64,000 nt of DNA from Ruminococcus bicirculans (ex Wegman et al. 2014). GTDB lineage: Bacteria > Bacillota > Clostridia > Christensenellales > DTU072. Location of the stretch: positions 4,645 through 68,644 of the forward strand of contig CAVIFU010000001.1 in the NCBI GenBank assembly GCA_963642145.1, given 5' to 3'. The notes beneath the pieces are model-generated. The model worked only from the letters and a program-made list of their open reading frames with translations, had not been told where the DNA came from and did no database searches. A program made the position numbers and the translations under genes. The first letter of the stretch is position 1. Every line of letters begins with the position of its first letter. Positions 52,646-63,676 of this stretch are shown here, piece by piece.

Positions 52646-54844
52646 ATGAAAACGGCACGCAAAATCTTCAAAATAACAAGCTTAGTATTATCAATTACCA
52701 TCATTTTGATAATACTCGGCGGAGTATTATGGGCATATTTAGTTACAAAAGACGTAAATTTAGGACAAAACGGGCTCAACTTATCGGTAAACAATTTAGT
52801 TATTACGGATAGTCGCGGCGAAGAGATTTATTTTGATTCGAAGCTTGTGCGAGGCGTTGATTATGCGGAAATATCCCCTGCCGTAATCAATGCGTTTGTC
52901 GCTCTTGAAGATAAACGTTTCTACAAGCACAACGGGCTCGACTATATTCGTATCGCTTCCGCCGGAATTAACAATATAAAAGCCGGATACTTCAAAGAAG
53001 GCGGCTCTACGATTACTCAGCAGCTTGCAAAGAATGTTATGCTCACGCACGAAAAAACAATAAATCGCAAGTTGGAGGAAGCAAAGCTTGCAATGCAAAT
53101 CGAATCAAGATATACCAAAGAAGAAATTATTACCATGTACCTGAATACAATTTATTTCGGACATTCTCTATACGGTATTGCGTCTGCGTCCGATAGGTTG
53201 TTTGGCAAAAAGCCTATAGAGCTTACCGTTTCGGAGTCTGCGCTGCTTGCCGGCATAGTCAAAAATCCGCTTAAAAATTCGCCGTTGAATTCCGTCGATA
53301 ACGCCATAGCGCGACGCAACATTGTACTTAAACTTATGTTTGAACAAGATTATATAACGGAATCCGAATATGAATCCGCGCTCGGTGAAGAATATTCCGC
53401 GCCGGAAGCGCGCGAAAAAAGTACGATAAACAATTCTTATCCCTACGCCGTAATTGACGAAGCTGCCAAGATCCTCGGCATATCGGATAAAGAACTTATA
53501 ACCGGGGGATATCGCATAGAAACTTATTGCAACTCGGAATTTCAATCTATAATTACGGACATATGCGCAAACGATAATCTGAGAGTATCCTCGGAAGAAC
53601 ATATTGTAATGCTTGCAGACAATGCTACGCACGGTATCACCGCATACTGCTCGGGCGTTGCCGAATCTCCGTTTACGTTTAGACGACAACCGGCGTCAAT
53701 CATCAAACCGATAATCGCATATGCTCCGGCATTGGAGCGCGGATTATGTTCCCCCGGGTCCCCTATTCTTGACGAACGTTGTGATTTTGACGGTTATTCT
53801 CCCAAAAACTATCAAAATCAGTATTCGGGATGGATGACAATCCGAGACGCGTTGATCAAATCTGCCAACGTTCCCGCGGTTAAACTTGTCAATACAATCG
53901 GGCTCGGAAACGCGCAAAAACTTGCTTGTGACTTCGGGCTGACGTTTGACGCTCGCGACGGATTGGCGTCGGCGCTCGGCGGCATGACCTACGGCGTAAC
54001 GCCCATAGAGATTACGGAGGCATACGCCACTATCGCAAACGGCGGAATGCACGCGGATTTAACTTTTGTCAAATCTATCGGCGACAAAAACGGCAATGTC
54101 GTTTATACGCATAATGCGCGTGGCAAAAGGGTTGTTTCCGGAGAAACCGCCTATTTGCTTACCGATATGCTCAAAGATTCCGTTAAATACGGCACTAGCA
54201 GAAAGCTATCCGCATTTAAGTACGAGTTGTGCGCAAAAACGGGAACCAACGGTACCGACAAAGGCAACTTTGACGCATGGAATATGAGTTATACTTCGGA
54301 TTATGTTATGTGCGTTTGGTATGGCAGTAGAGACTTATCTTCGCCTATGCCGTCTTCGGTAACGGGCGGATCGTACCCGACTCTTATGGCAAAATGCATA
54401 TATGACAATATCGGCATCGCTCCGGACAATTTCAGTATTCCCGAGGGTATAATTACCGCAGATATCGATTCATATGCCTCCGAGCGTTCTCACGTGCTTC
54501 AACTTGCAGGCAAGAACACCCCTGAATATTACCGCAAAACAGAAATTATCAACGTTAAATTCGCTCCCGAAGTTTCGGAGTACTTTGATAACGCTTTGCC
54601 GATGGATTTTTCGGTAAAATATATCGATAACGAAGTAATTGTAACGCTGACCGCGAGCGAAAAATTTACGTATAAGGTGTCGGAGGCAAAAGAAGGCGTT
54701 ATCATAGAAGTGCCCGGCGGCGCCGGATACGTAGAGTTTGCGCTTCCGGCGTCGTTCGGGCTGAAAAGTTATGTTGTGACCGCTTATACGGCAGACGGCG
54801 TTAAAATCACCGAGTCCGCACCGCGGTATGTAATAATTTGGTAG
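52646..54844 (+). CDS. class A penicillin-binding protein (glycosyltransferase GT51 plus transpeptidase)
   Basis: Start at ATG 52646 (MKTARKIFK plus TM). GT51 motifs (ALEDKRFYKHNG.D, GGSTITQQLAKN, RKLEE) and transpeptidase motifs SxxK (PASIIKP), SxN-like and KTGT(N). The track start 52574 overlaps the divergent miaB start. Confidence 0.92.
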   Translation: MKTARKIFKITSLVLSITIILIILGGVLWAYLVTKDVNLGQNGLNLSVNNLVITDSRGEEIYFDSKLVRGVDYAEISPAVINAFVALEDKRFYKHNGLDYIRIASAGINNIKAGYFKEGGSTITQQLAKNVMLTHEKTINRKLEEAKLAMQIESRYTKEEIITMYLNTIYFGHSLYGIASASDRLFGKKPIELTVSESALLAGIVKNPLKNSPLNSVDNAIARRNIVLKLMFEQDYITESEYESALGEEYSAPEAREKSTINNSYPYAVIDEAAKILGISDKELITGGYRIETYCNSEFQSIITDICANDNLRVSSEEHIVMLADNATHGITAYCSGVAESPFTFRRQPASIIKPIIAYAPALERGLCSPGSPILDERCDFDGYSPKNYQNQYSGWMTIRDALIKSANVPAVKLVNTIGLGNAQKLACDFGLTFDARDGLASALGGMTYGVTPIEITEAYATIANGGMHADLTFVKSIGDKNGNVVYTHNARGKRVVSGETAYLLTDMLKDSVKYGTSRKLSAFKYELCAKTGTNGTDKGNFDAWNMSYTSDYVMCVWYGSRDLSSPMPSSVTGGSYPTLMAKCIYDNIGIAPDNFSIPEGIITADIDSYASERSHVLQLAGKNTPEYYRKTEIINVKFAPEVSEYFDNALPMDFSVKYIDNEVIVTLTASEKFTYKVSEAKEGVIIEVPGGAGYVEFALPASFGLKSYVVTAYTADGVKITESAPRYVIIW

Positions 54845-54847
54845 TAC

Positions 54848-56023
54848 TCAGTCGGATGTTTTTATCGTTACGAGCTCGGTATTTTTTATTGCGGCGTCGA
54901 TAAGCGGTTCGATATCCAAACGATTTTCGAATTCAATCGCGTCGGCAAGTTTAGGCTTGATTACCGGATTTTTGGGCAGGAATACGGTACAGCAATCTTC
55001 ATACGGACGGATGCTTATGTCAAACGTGTCTATCTTATTGGCGATGTCAATGATTTCGTATTTGTCTAAGCCTATAAGCGGACGATATACCGGTAACGTT
55101 ACTACCGAATTGGTAACTATAATGCTTTGCATGGTTTGGCTTGCAACCTGACCCAAGCTTTCGCCGGTAATAATGGCTCCGCAATTGTTTTCACGTGCGA
55201 TACGCTCGGCAATGCGCATCATAAAGCGACGCATTATGGTAATCATAAATTCCGCCGGGCAATGCTCGTGAATGGCATATTGAATTTCGGTAAACGGCAC
55301 TACAAATAAATTGATGTCGCCACAATACGCGGTAAGTTTCTTTGCAAGATCTTTAACCTTTTGCAGAGCCAACTCGGAAGTATACGGGAAGCTGTGGAAA
55401 TGTATTGCATACAACCTAATTCCGCGTTTAGCCATGAGCCATCCGGCAACCGGGCTGTCGATACCGCCTGAGAGCAAAAGCATACCGTTGCCGGAGCATC
55501 CCGTCGGCAAGCCTTGCGCCCCCATGATTTTATCGTAGAAGAGATAAGAATAACCGTTTTCGCGCACGTCTACAAAGACTTCGAAGTCATAATCGAACAG
55601 ATCGACTTTTAGTTTTCCGCAGGAAGCTTTGAGCATCATACCGCCTATTTTTGCGCCTATTTCGGGCGATGTCATATAAAAACGCTTATCGGCGCGTTTG
55701 ACGGTGACGCGGAATTTACCTGTTTTCGGACTTATTTCCGCGGCGATCCTACCGATTTCTTCGACGTCTGTTTTGAGTTTAACCGTAGGGCTGACGCTGT
55801 GTATACCGAACACCTTGGTAAGAGCGGCAATAATATCGTCTTTATCTTCCGGCGCAAAGTTTTCCACATAGTATCTGCTTTGCGAGCGCACGAACTCATA
55901 GTTGTATCCGCTTAAAGCAGATTTAATATTTTTAATCAACAAGTTTTCAAAGTAGTAGCGATTGTCGCCTTTTAGGAAGATTTCGCCGAACCTGATTAAA
56001 ATGCTATTATATTCAACTGCCAT
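54848..56023 (-). CDS. thiI: tRNA 4-thiouridine(8) synthase ThiI
   Basis: Start at ATG 56023 (AAGGAG SD). I.IRFGEI.LKG.NR, THUMP domain, PP-loop LLLSGGIDSPVA. Confidence 0.94.
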   Translation of the reverse strand: MAVEYNSILIRFGEIFLKGDNRYYFENLLIKNIKSALSGYNYEFVRSQSRYYVENFAPEDKDDIIAALTKVFGIHSVSPTVKLKTDVEEIGRIAAEISPKTGKFRVTVKRADKRFYMTSPEIGAKIGGMMLKASCGKLKVDLFDYDFEVFVDVRENGYSYLFYDKIMGAQGLPTGCSGNGMLLLSGGIDSPVAGWLMAKRGIRLYAIHFHSFPYTSELALQKVKDLAKKLTAYCGDINLFVVPFTEIQYAIHEHCPAEFMITIMRRFMMRIAERIARENNCGAIITGESLGQVASQTMQSIIVTNSVVTLPVYRPLIGLDKYEIIDIANKIDTFDISIRPYEDCCTVFLPKNPVIKPKLADAIEFENRLDIEPLIDAAIKNTELVTIKTSD

Positions 56024-57140
56024 ATTTGGATAACTCCTTGTATAATTTTGTGTATTTAGCCGCAAACTCCGTTGCTTCTTCGATGGTATTGTCTATAAAC
56101 AAACTAATGCGCGTAACGCCGTCGATGTATTTACCTTTAAGTCCCAAACCTTCCGCAACGCGCCGCGAAGCTTTGTTGGATGAACACGCGCTGCCGGTGC
56201 CGACAAGTATTCCTTCCCGTTCCAAAGCATGCTGCATAACTTCTCCGCGCACTTTCGGAGTGGAAAACGTAACGATATACGGGGAAGACTCCGAGTCTGA
56301 AAGTATTTTTATATCCGGTATATCCTTGATTGCGTCAAACAGTACGGCACGGATGGCGTTTAGTTTGATATGTGTGGCGTTAAGTTCCGAATAGCGCGCT
56401 TCCGCCGCTGCCTTAAACGCCATTATTGCCGGTGTGTTTTCGGTAGAAGAGCGCACGCCGCCCTCTTGCCCTCCGCCGAAAACTATCGGTGAAAGGTTTA
56501 CGTTCTTTGCGCAATATAACGCGCCCAACCCTTTCGGCGCGCCGATTTTGTGCGCGCTCATAGAGTAAAGATCCACTTTTGTTGCGCGCAGATTTATTTC
56601 GATTTTACCGAATGCTTGCACGCCGTCGCTGTGGAACAAAGCTTTAGGCACAATTTCTTTTGTAAGGGCTGAGAGTTTTCCGATATCGTTTATCGCGCCG
56701 GTCTCGTTGCTTACGTGTATAACGGAAACGAGCGTCGTTTCCGGCGTCAGCAAATTTAGGAAGGCTTCTTCGTCTACGGCGCCCTTCTCCGTGACGGGCG
56801 CCAAAACGACGTCAAAACCGCGTTGCTTCAATTCCATTGCCGTATAATATACGGCAGAGTGCTCTGCGTTGGATATAATCACCCTACCGCCCTTAACTTT
56901 TTTGGAGCCGAGCAGCGCAAGATTGTCGCTTTCCGTGCCTCCGGCGGTAAAATATATCTTCCCGTCCGCATGGAGTTTTTTGAGGATGGTCTCTCTTGCG
57001 GATTCCAAGTCTTGCTTTGCACAAATTCCCTCGTGGTACATGGATGACGGATTAAAATACTTTTCCCGCATATATGTATTTACGATATTTATGCTTTCTT
57101 CGGTGCACTTAGTGGTGCTTGCGTTATCAAAATAAATCAT
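56013..57140 (-). CDS. cysteine desulfurase (NifS/IscS family, ThiI-associated)
   Basis: IYFDNASTT, SAHKIGAPKG.G PLP-lysine region, GSACSS active-site Cys loop. Confidence 0.93.
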   Translation of the reverse strand: MIYFDNASTTKCTEESINIVNTYMREKYFNPSSMYHEGICAKQDLESARETILKKLHADGKIYFTAGGTESDNLALLGSKKVKGGRVIISNAEHSAVYYTAMELKQRGFDVVLAPVTEKGAVDEEAFLNLLTPETTLVSVIHVSNETGAINDIGKLSALTKEIVPKALFHSDGVQAFGKIEINLRATKVDLYSMSAHKIGAPKGLGALYCAKNVNLSPIVFGGGQEGGVRSSTENTPAIMAFKAAAEARYSELNATHIKLNAIRAVLFDAIKDIPDIKILSDSESSPYIVTFSTPKVRGEVMQHALEREGILVGTGSACSSNKASRRVAEGLGLKGKYIDGVTRISLFIDNTIEEATEFAAKYTKLYKELSKYGS

Positions 57141-57141
57141 G

Positions 57142-59493
57142 TTATTTAAGCGTTGCTATGGTGACGCCGCGCTCGCCCTCTCCGTATTTTCCGTCGCGGT
57201 ATTCCTTTATCGCGGGGTGAGTTCTCAGACAATTTCTTACCGTTTCGCGTAGTTTTCCGGTTCCGTAGCCATGTACGATGCGCACTTCGTTTACACCGGC
57301 AAGTATCGCCTTGTCCAAGAATGCTTCGAGATTATGTCTTGCTTCTTCCGCCGTTTGCCCGATGAGCAAAATTTCCGGGCTGAATGCCTCGTTTCTGAGG
57401 GTTCTTGTCGTCGGTTTAACTTCCGGCTTGACGTTGCGTTTTTTTGCTTTAAGCTTGATGAGATCGTCCAATTTGAAGTTTGAGGTCAATCTACCGAGCC
57501 TTATCGTCGCCGAATTTTTTGCATAGTTTATGTTGGAAACTTCGCCTTCCGCTTTCAGCGGTTTGACAAGCACTGTGTCTCCTACATGAATTTCGCCTTC
57601 GTCCTCTTCGCCGAAACCTTCGAATTCGTTGTCCTCTTGAATGACGTATTTTTCCAACGATTTACGTAATTTTCTCGCCTTAAATAAGTTTTCTTCCGTC
57701 GGAGTATCGAGAATATCGCGCAATGTTTCGATTATTTCGTTTGCTTCCGTCATGGCGTTTTCTACAAGACGTTTGGTCTCTTTGCGCACGTTCTCGTTCA
57801 ATTTTTCACGTTGAGCATAGAGCCTGTCGCGTTCGCGTTCGACGTTTTTTTGCATCTCGTTAGCGGTTTTGAGTGCTTCGGCTGTTTTTTGTTCGTTCTC
57901 GGCTGCGTTCCTGCGCGCTACTTCAAGGGATTGAAGTACGTTTTCAAATTCAAGCTTACCTTCTTGTATACCTGCCCTTGCGGATTCGATTATCTCGGAT
58001 TTAAGACCGAGTTTTTTTGCAATAAGTAATGCGTTTGAGGCGCCCGGAGTCCCTACTATCAGTTTGTATGTCGGATTATAGGTTACGGGATCGAAATCCA
58101 TGCTTGCGTTTTCACAGCGATCCGTGACCACCGCATACTCTTTAAGTTCGTTGTAGTGTGTGGTAATTACCGCTTTTGCGCCGCTATCGCGCAAATATGC
58201 AGAAATTGCCGTGGCAAGGCTTGCGCCTTCTGTCGGATCCGTACCTGCGCCCAATTCGTCCAAAAGCACCAACGAGTCCGGCGTTAGGTTATCGATTATG
58301 CGCACGATGTTGGCGATATGAGAAGAAAACGTAGATAAATTTTGCTCAATACTTTGTTCATCTCCGATATCGCAAAATACATTTGAGAAGATTGAAAGCT
58401 CTGCTTCGCGAGCCGGCACATACAGACCGCTTGCGCACATCATCGTCAGCAAGCCTATGAGTTTCAGCGATACCGTTTTACCGCCCGTGTTCGGACCTGT
58501 TATAAACAGAAGATCGAAGTCTTTGCCCAATCTGATATCTATCGGGACAACTTTGTCTTTGTCGATTAGCGGATGTCTGCCGTGATCGATTCTGATTATT
58601 CCGTTGTCGTTGACGGTCGGCAAAACCGAGTTTGTCGCGTTTGCGTAGTAAGCCTTGGCAAATATCACGTCAAGTCGCACGATAATGTCGAAGGTGCTTT
58701 TAATACTTTCGGCACCCATGCTTACTTTGAGCGTAAATGCGCGCAGTATGCGTTCTATTTCCGCCTGCTCTTCCAAAATATAAGTTTTGAGAGTGTTGTT
58801 AAGTTCTACTATTGCCATCGGCTCGACATATACCGTTTGTCCGGAAGCGCTTTGGTCGTGTATAAGTCCCGGGACTGAGCCGCGATACTCGGCTTTTACG
58901 GGTATAACATACCGATCTTCACGTACGGTGACGATGTTATCCTGCAAAATTTTGGAGTATTGCGGAGATGTGGTATACGCGTATAATTTAGTCTTGATCA
59001 GATCGCTCGTACGTTTGATTTTACCGCGAATCGACGCAAGCGCCGGTGACGCGTGATCATACATTTCCGTATCGGACAGTATAGCCCTATCGATTTCTTC
59101 CGCAAGCGAAGAGTCGGTATAAATTGCGCCGGCAATTCCTTTAATGTGAGTCAACTCATCGTCGGGGACCTTGGCGATAGCGTACTTTACCGAGCCCGCT
59201 ACGCGTAGCATACGGCTGACGCGCAAAAGTTCTCCCATGGTAAGCACGCTCATAACGCTTGCCTTGTCCAAAACCACACTTATATCATCGAATGCGAAGC
59301 TGATGTTGGTTGCGTATTCGAAGGCGATTTTGTCCGCCTCGTACACCTCGCGCAAGAGTTCGCGAATATAATTTAGATTTGTATAAGGGCGTATAGACTT
59401 AACCGCCTCCCGCGCGGGAGCGGAGGAGGCGTAAGTAGCCACTGAGTCTAAAATCTTATAGAATTCGAGCGATTTTAATGTTTTTTCTTCCAT
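57142..59493 (-). CDS. mutS2: endonuclease MutS2 (Smr domain)
   Basis: GPNTGGKTV.LK Walker A, DELGAGTDP.EG, coiled-coil linker, C-terminal Smr (RIVHGYGTGKLR). Confidence 0.95.
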   Translation of the reverse strand: MEEKTLKSLEFYKILDSVATYASSAPAREAVKSIRPYTNLNYIRELLREVYEADKIAFEYATNISFAFDDISVVLDKASVMSVLTMGELLRVSRMLRVAGSVKYAIAKVPDDELTHIKGIAGAIYTDSSLAEEIDRAILSDTEMYDHASPALASIRGKIKRTSDLIKTKLYAYTTSPQYSKILQDNIVTVREDRYVIPVKAEYRGSVPGLIHDQSASGQTVYVEPMAIVELNNTLKTYILEEQAEIERILRAFTLKVSMGAESIKSTFDIIVRLDVIFAKAYYANATNSVLPTVNDNGIIRIDHGRHPLIDKDKVVPIDIRLGKDFDLLFITGPNTGGKTVSLKLIGLLTMMCASGLYVPAREAELSIFSNVFCDIGDEQSIEQNLSTFSSHIANIVRIIDNLTPDSLVLLDELGAGTDPTEGASLATAISAYLRDSGAKAVITTHYNELKEYAVVTDRCENASMDFDPVTYNPTYKLIVGTPGASNALLIAKKLGLKSEIIESARAGIQEGKLEFENVLQSLEVARRNAAENEQKTAEALKTANEMQKNVERERDRLYAQREKLNENVRKETKRLVENAMTEANEIIETLRDILDTPTEENLFKARKLRKSLEKYVIQEDNEFEGFGEEDEGEIHVGDTVLVKPLKAEGEVSNINYAKNSATIRLGRLTSNFKLDDLIKLKAKKRNVKPEVKPTTRTLRNEAFSPEILLIGQTAEEARHNLEAFLDKAILAGVNEVRIVHGYGTGKLRETVRNCLRTHPAIKEYRDGKYGEGERGVTIATLK

Positions 59494-61895
59494 TACCTTA
59501 ATTTTATGCCATAGGTGTCGTATAATTTTTGGAGTATTGCCTCGATTTCGGTATTGACCTCGTCGTCTTTAAGAGTGCGTTCCATGCTTTGGAAGGTGAG
59601 CTTGACGGCTACACTCTTTTTGTGGTCTTGTGCCAGGGCTCCGCCCGTGTATACGTCAAAGATACGAGCGTCCACCGGCAGTGAAACGGTAGCGTTTTTG
59701 ATTGTGTCGAGCAACGAATCGGCTTCCAACTTAATATCGCATACAAGAGCTAAATCACGCTCCATCGCCGGGAATTTGGAAACAACTTTGAATTCCGTGA
59801 AATCGGACGCGTTATCTTCGAGATATTCCTCGTCGAGTTCGGCAAAATACAGTCGTTTGTCAACGTCGTACTCGTTAGCGACGACTTCGGATACTTCGCC
59901 CATGTAGCCTATAATCATGCCGTCATCGGCAATTATTTCTGCCGTGCGCGTGGGGTGCATGTACGGTACGGAAGCGGCTTTGAACTTAGCGTTTATGCGC
60001 AGAACGCTCAACAAGTCCTCTATTATAGACTTGAAGCGATAGAAATTCTCTTTTTCGCCGTACGCGCCGATAGCGAGCTTATTCTTTTCTACGGGAAGCT
60101 CTTTAAGCGGCAATTCTTTGGGGATGTAAGTTTTTGCCACTTCAAAGAATCTGCCGAACTTATTGCCGCGCAAGTAGTTTGTCGCCATGGTCTTAATCAT
60201 GCTGTGAGCAAGGGTCGTGCGCATAACGCTGTAATCTTCTCCGAGCGGACTCAACAACTTGATCGCGTTGCGCAAAGAGCTGTCCGAGGGAAGGTGTAAA
60301 GAGTCAAACGCTTTGGGGCTTACGAACGAGTAAGTAACTATTTCGTATGCGCCTTTGCCGATCAACAGATTCTTGATTTTATCGGCAGTAAGTTGCTTTT
60401 TGTTTTTGCCGCCGGCAACGACTTCCGTATCGGGTAACAGCGTCGTAACCAAGTAGTCGTACCCGTATATACGTATGACTTCTTCCGCGATATCGTTTAT
60501 GCCTACCATATCTTCGCGGTATCCCGGGATCGTTGTGTAAATCATGCCGTTATCAGCCGTTGTTTCAAGAGTAAGCGAGTTTAGGATACTTATAATCCTC
60601 TCTTCGGGTATCTCGATGCCGAGTATGCGAGCAACATCGCTTGCGGTATATTTGAGCACTTTGGTTTCGGGCTCGGACGGGAAATTGTCTATCGTTCCGT
60701 TTACGGGAGTACCCCATCCGTTTGCGACAACCAGTCCGATTGCTTTTTGCATTCCATAGACTTGAGAAGCGTAGTCCACGCCCTTTTCAAATCTTGCCGA
60801 TGAATCCGAACGTAGCCCTATCGAGCGCGATGTGCGCCTTACGCTGTCACGCGCAAATCTTGCGGACTCGAACACCACGGTTGAAGTATCCGGCATGACG
60901 GAGTAGTCTTTTCCGCCCATTACGCCTGCAATAGCCATAGCCTCTTTTTCGTTTGCTATTACCAAGTTGTCGGAGTTCAGAGTATATGTTTTGCCGTCGA
61001 GAGCGACAAGTTTTTCATCATTTTCGGCTCTGCGTACAATTATTTTATTACCGGCGATAGCTCTTAAATCGAATGCGTGCATCGGCTGTCCGATTTCCGT
61101 CAAAACGTAATTGGTAATGTCCACGATGTTGTTAATCGGGCGCAACCCTACCGCTTTCAAACGACGTTTGATGTAGTCGGGAGATTCCGTTATAACTACG
61201 TCCTTTACCATTGTTGCCATATATCTCGGGCAGAGATCGGTGGCATGATTTTCTACCGTCAATCCGTCGATAACGTTTACGTTTTCGGATAAAGACGCGT
61301 AGTCGGCGGGGATGTGCAGCGGTTCTCCCGTAACGGCAGACACTTCGCGAGCTATGCCGAGAATGCTGTTTGCGTCCATACGGTTTGCGGTAATGCCCAC
61401 GTCGAGGACGATATCGTCGGTACCCATAATTTCGTTTATGTCTTTACCTACGGGGGTGCCCGGCAACAAGCGCAAAACGTGATCTTCGCCGGCGCCCGGG
61501 TAGTCGGATTCGGTCAAGTTCAATTCCGAACCGCCACAGAACATGCCGTCCGAGTATACGCCGCGCAATTCGCCGCCGGATATTGTTTTGCCGGACGCAA
61601 GACGCGCTCCGTCAAGAGCAACGGGAACGATGTCTCCTACAGCAAGATCCACGTTGTTTGTAACGATTGTCCTGTCTTTTCCGTCTGCGACGTCAATCGT
61701 GCAAACGATTAGTTTGTTTGCGTTGGGATGCGCGTTGACTGCCGTTATTTTGGCTGAAACAACGCCTTTTACTATGTCTTTTTGGTCTATAACGTTTTCT
61801 ATTTCAAAACCGCACGAAACAAGCTTATCCGCAAGTTCTTCGGTAGATATGTTTACGTCTACAAAATCTTTGAGCCATTTAATCGGAACTAACAT
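59493..61895 (-). CDS. pheT: phenylalanine--tRNA ligase beta subunit
   Basis: MLVPIKWLKDFV N-terminus, tRNA-binding OB domain, B3/4, B5 and FDX-ACB domains; follows pheS. Confidence 0.96.
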   Translation of the reverse strand: MLVPIKWLKDFVDVNISTEELADKLVSCGFEIENVIDQKDIVKGVVSAKITAVNAHPNANKLIVCTIDVADGKDRTIVTNNVDLAVGDIVPVALDGARLASGKTISGGELRGVYSDGMFCGGSELNLTESDYPGAGEDHVLRLLPGTPVGKDINEIMGTDDIVLDVGITANRMDANSILGIAREVSAVTGEPLHIPADYASLSENVNVIDGLTVENHATDLCPRYMATMVKDVVITESPDYIKRRLKAVGLRPINNIVDITNYVLTEIGQPMHAFDLRAIAGNKIIVRRAENDEKLVALDGKTYTLNSDNLVIANEKEAMAIAGVMGGKDYSVMPDTSTVVFESARFARDSVRRTSRSIGLRSDSSARFEKGVDYASQVYGMQKAIGLVVANGWGTPVNGTIDNFPSEPETKVLKYTASDVARILGIEIPEERIISILNSLTLETTADNGMIYTTIPGYREDMVGINDIAEEVIRIYGYDYLVTTLLPDTEVVAGGKNKKQLTADKIKNLLIGKGAYEIVTYSFVSPKAFDSLHLPSDSSLRNAIKLLSPLGEDYSVMRTTLAHSMIKTMATNYLRGNKFGRFFEVAKTYIPKELPLKELPVEKNKLAIGAYGEKENFYRFKSIIEDLLSVLRINAKFKAASVPYMHPTRTAEIIADDGMIIGYMGEVSEVVANEYDVDKRLYFAELDEEYLEDNASDFTEFKVVSKFPAMERDLALVCDIKLEADSLLDTIKNATVSLPVDARIFDVYTGGALAQDHKKSVAVKLTFQSMERTLKDDEVNTEIEAILQKLYDTYGIKLR

Positions 61896-61904
61896 GTTTC
61901 CCTC

Positions 61905-62930
61905 CTATTTGAATTGTTTGGAATAACGGACGTCGTTGTCGAACAAAAGACGCATGTCCGGGATAGCATACTTAATCATAGTAGCCCTTTCTATGCCCAT
62001 ACCAAAGGCAAGTCCGCTGTATTCATTGGGGTCGATACCGCACATTTCAAGTACCGCGGGGTTAACCACGCCGGCTCCGAGAATTTCAATCCAGCCGGTA
62101 CCCTTGCAAAGACGACAACCTTTACCGCCGCACATGGCGCAGCTCAGATCGACTTCCACGCTCGGCTCGGTGAAGGGAAAATACGAAGGACGGAATCTGA
62201 CTTTCGTGGAAGGATTAAAGAATTTTTTGGCAAATTCTTCCAAAATACCTTTAAGATCCGCCAGCGTGACGTGTTTATCGATCACAAGTCCTTCCATTTG
62301 TTGGAACATGGGACTGTGCGTAGCGTCGTCATCGGGTCTGTATACTTTGCCGGGACATACTATGCGAATAGGCGGTTTTTGCGTTTCCATTGTGCGAGCT
62401 TGCACGCACGATGTTTGAGTACGAAGCAAGATTTCAGGATTGATGTAAAAGCTGTCCGCAAAATCTCTTGCCGGATGATCCGACGGTATATTCAACAATT
62501 CAAAGTTATACTTGGCGTATTCGATTTCGGGTCCGTCCGCAACGCTAAAGCCCATTCCGCAAAAGATATCCAATATCTCGTTTTTAACGATGGTCAGAGG
62601 ATGCAATGCGCCTTGCTCCACATCCGGGACGGATAGCGTAACGTCAAGGGATTCTTGCGCCTCTCTCGCCGTTCTTTCGCGTTCTTTGACTACGGCTTCC
62701 GCTTTGCACAGTGCCTCTTCTATTTTCAGGCGCACGTCGTTAATGAGTTTGCCGACTGCCGGCTTATCCTCTTTCGGAACGTCTTTAAGTTGTTTGAGCA
62801 GCGTCGTGATTTCGCCGCTTTTTCCGAGGTATTTTACGCGGAGGTCGTTTAATTCGGAAGATCTATTGGCGTGAGCTATAGATTCCAGTCCGGATTCTAC
62901 GATATGACTGATGATTTCTTGTAACAACAT
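61905..62930 (-). CDS. pheS: phenylalanine--tRNA ligase alpha subunit
   Basis: HPL......I..IF..MGF....GPE.E....NF..LN.P..HPARD; class II motifs FRPSYFPFTEPS and GAG.V.P.V... Confidence 0.96.
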   Translation of the reverse strand: MLLQEIISHIVESGLESIAHANRSSELNDLRVKYLGKSGEITTLLKQLKDVPKEDKPAVGKLINDVRLKIEEALCKAEAVVKERERTAREAQESLDVTLSVPDVEQGALHPLTIVKNEILDIFCGMGFSVADGPEIEYAKYNFELLNIPSDHPARDFADSFYINPEILLRTQTSCVQARTMETQKPPIRIVCPGKVYRPDDDATHSPMFQQMEGLVIDKHVTLADLKGILEEFAKKFFNPSTKVRFRPSYFPFTEPSVEVDLSCAMCGGKGCRLCKGTGWIEILGAGVVNPAVLEMCGIDPNEYSGLAFGMGIERATMIKYAIPDMRLLFDNDVRYSKQFK

Positions 62931-63019
62931 CTCGAGTCTCCTATATTAGTTATACTGTTGATTATAACACCCGCGCGCACGCAATGCAAATTTTTAGAGT
63001 AAAAAACATATAATATTGT

Positions 63020-63676
63020 GTGCAGAAAAATAAACGCAAATTCAAAGTAAAGGTTTTTTTGATATTGCTTACGGCGGCAATGGTTTTTGTTTGCGTTTCA
63101 TATTACCGCAATACGATCTCTCCGCTCGTCGCTCAAACGGCTGAAGCCGAGGTCAAAGCGCTTGCTTCACGCATCATAAACGAATCCACCCTCAAACTGA
63201 AAAATTACCAAGCGTTTTACGACGCCTTTTATACTTACGAAAAAAACGACGTCGGCGAAATCACGCTGGTTCGCGCGAATACGGCAAGCATAAATTTGAT
63301 GACTTTATGCGCAAAGGAAGCCGTTCAAAACGGACTCGATTCATTATCCGACGGCAAAGTAAATATTCCCGTAGGCGCGTTCAGCGGACTTGCCTTGCTC
63401 GCCGACAAAGGTTCGGATGTCAAAATCAATGTAGTTCAAGTCGGCACTGCCGATGCGAAAATCAACTCGTACTACTACAACGAAGGCGTCAATCAAACGT
63501 TGCACCGCTTGGTGCTTAGAATAACCGCTACCGTCAGAATGCTTATCCCTCTCAAAGCCGAAGACGTCGAAATCGTAACCGATATAGTTCTTGCGGAAGA
63601 TATAGTCGTAGGCAGAGTGCCCGATAGCTACATTACCGGTATATCGGACGACAACATATTCGATCTACTGCCTTAA
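63020..63676 (+). CDS. yunB: sporulation protein YunB
   Basis: GTG start, N-terminal TM, and the pattern ...A...V.......IN.........Y..........G.I.....NT...N......V......L.......IP.G......L....G..V.I......G.V...... Confidence 0.8.
   Translation: MQKNKRKFKVKVFLILLTAAMVFVCVSYYRNTISPLVAQTAEAEVKALASRIINESTLKLKNYQAFYDAFYTYEKNDVGEITLVRANTASINLMTLCAKEAVQNGLDSLSDGKVNIPVGAFSGLALLADKGSDVKINVVQVGTADAKINSYYYNEGVNQTLHRLVLRITATVRMLIPLKAEDVEIVTDIVLAEDIVVGRVPDSYITGISDDNIFDLLP

Noticed and set aside
62931-63019. Expected T-box leader upstream of pheS.
   Set aside because: Only ~90 nt separate pheS from the divergent yunB start, which is too short for a T-box riboswitch. No specifier or T-box sequence (AANNNGGGTGGTACCGCG-like) is visible.
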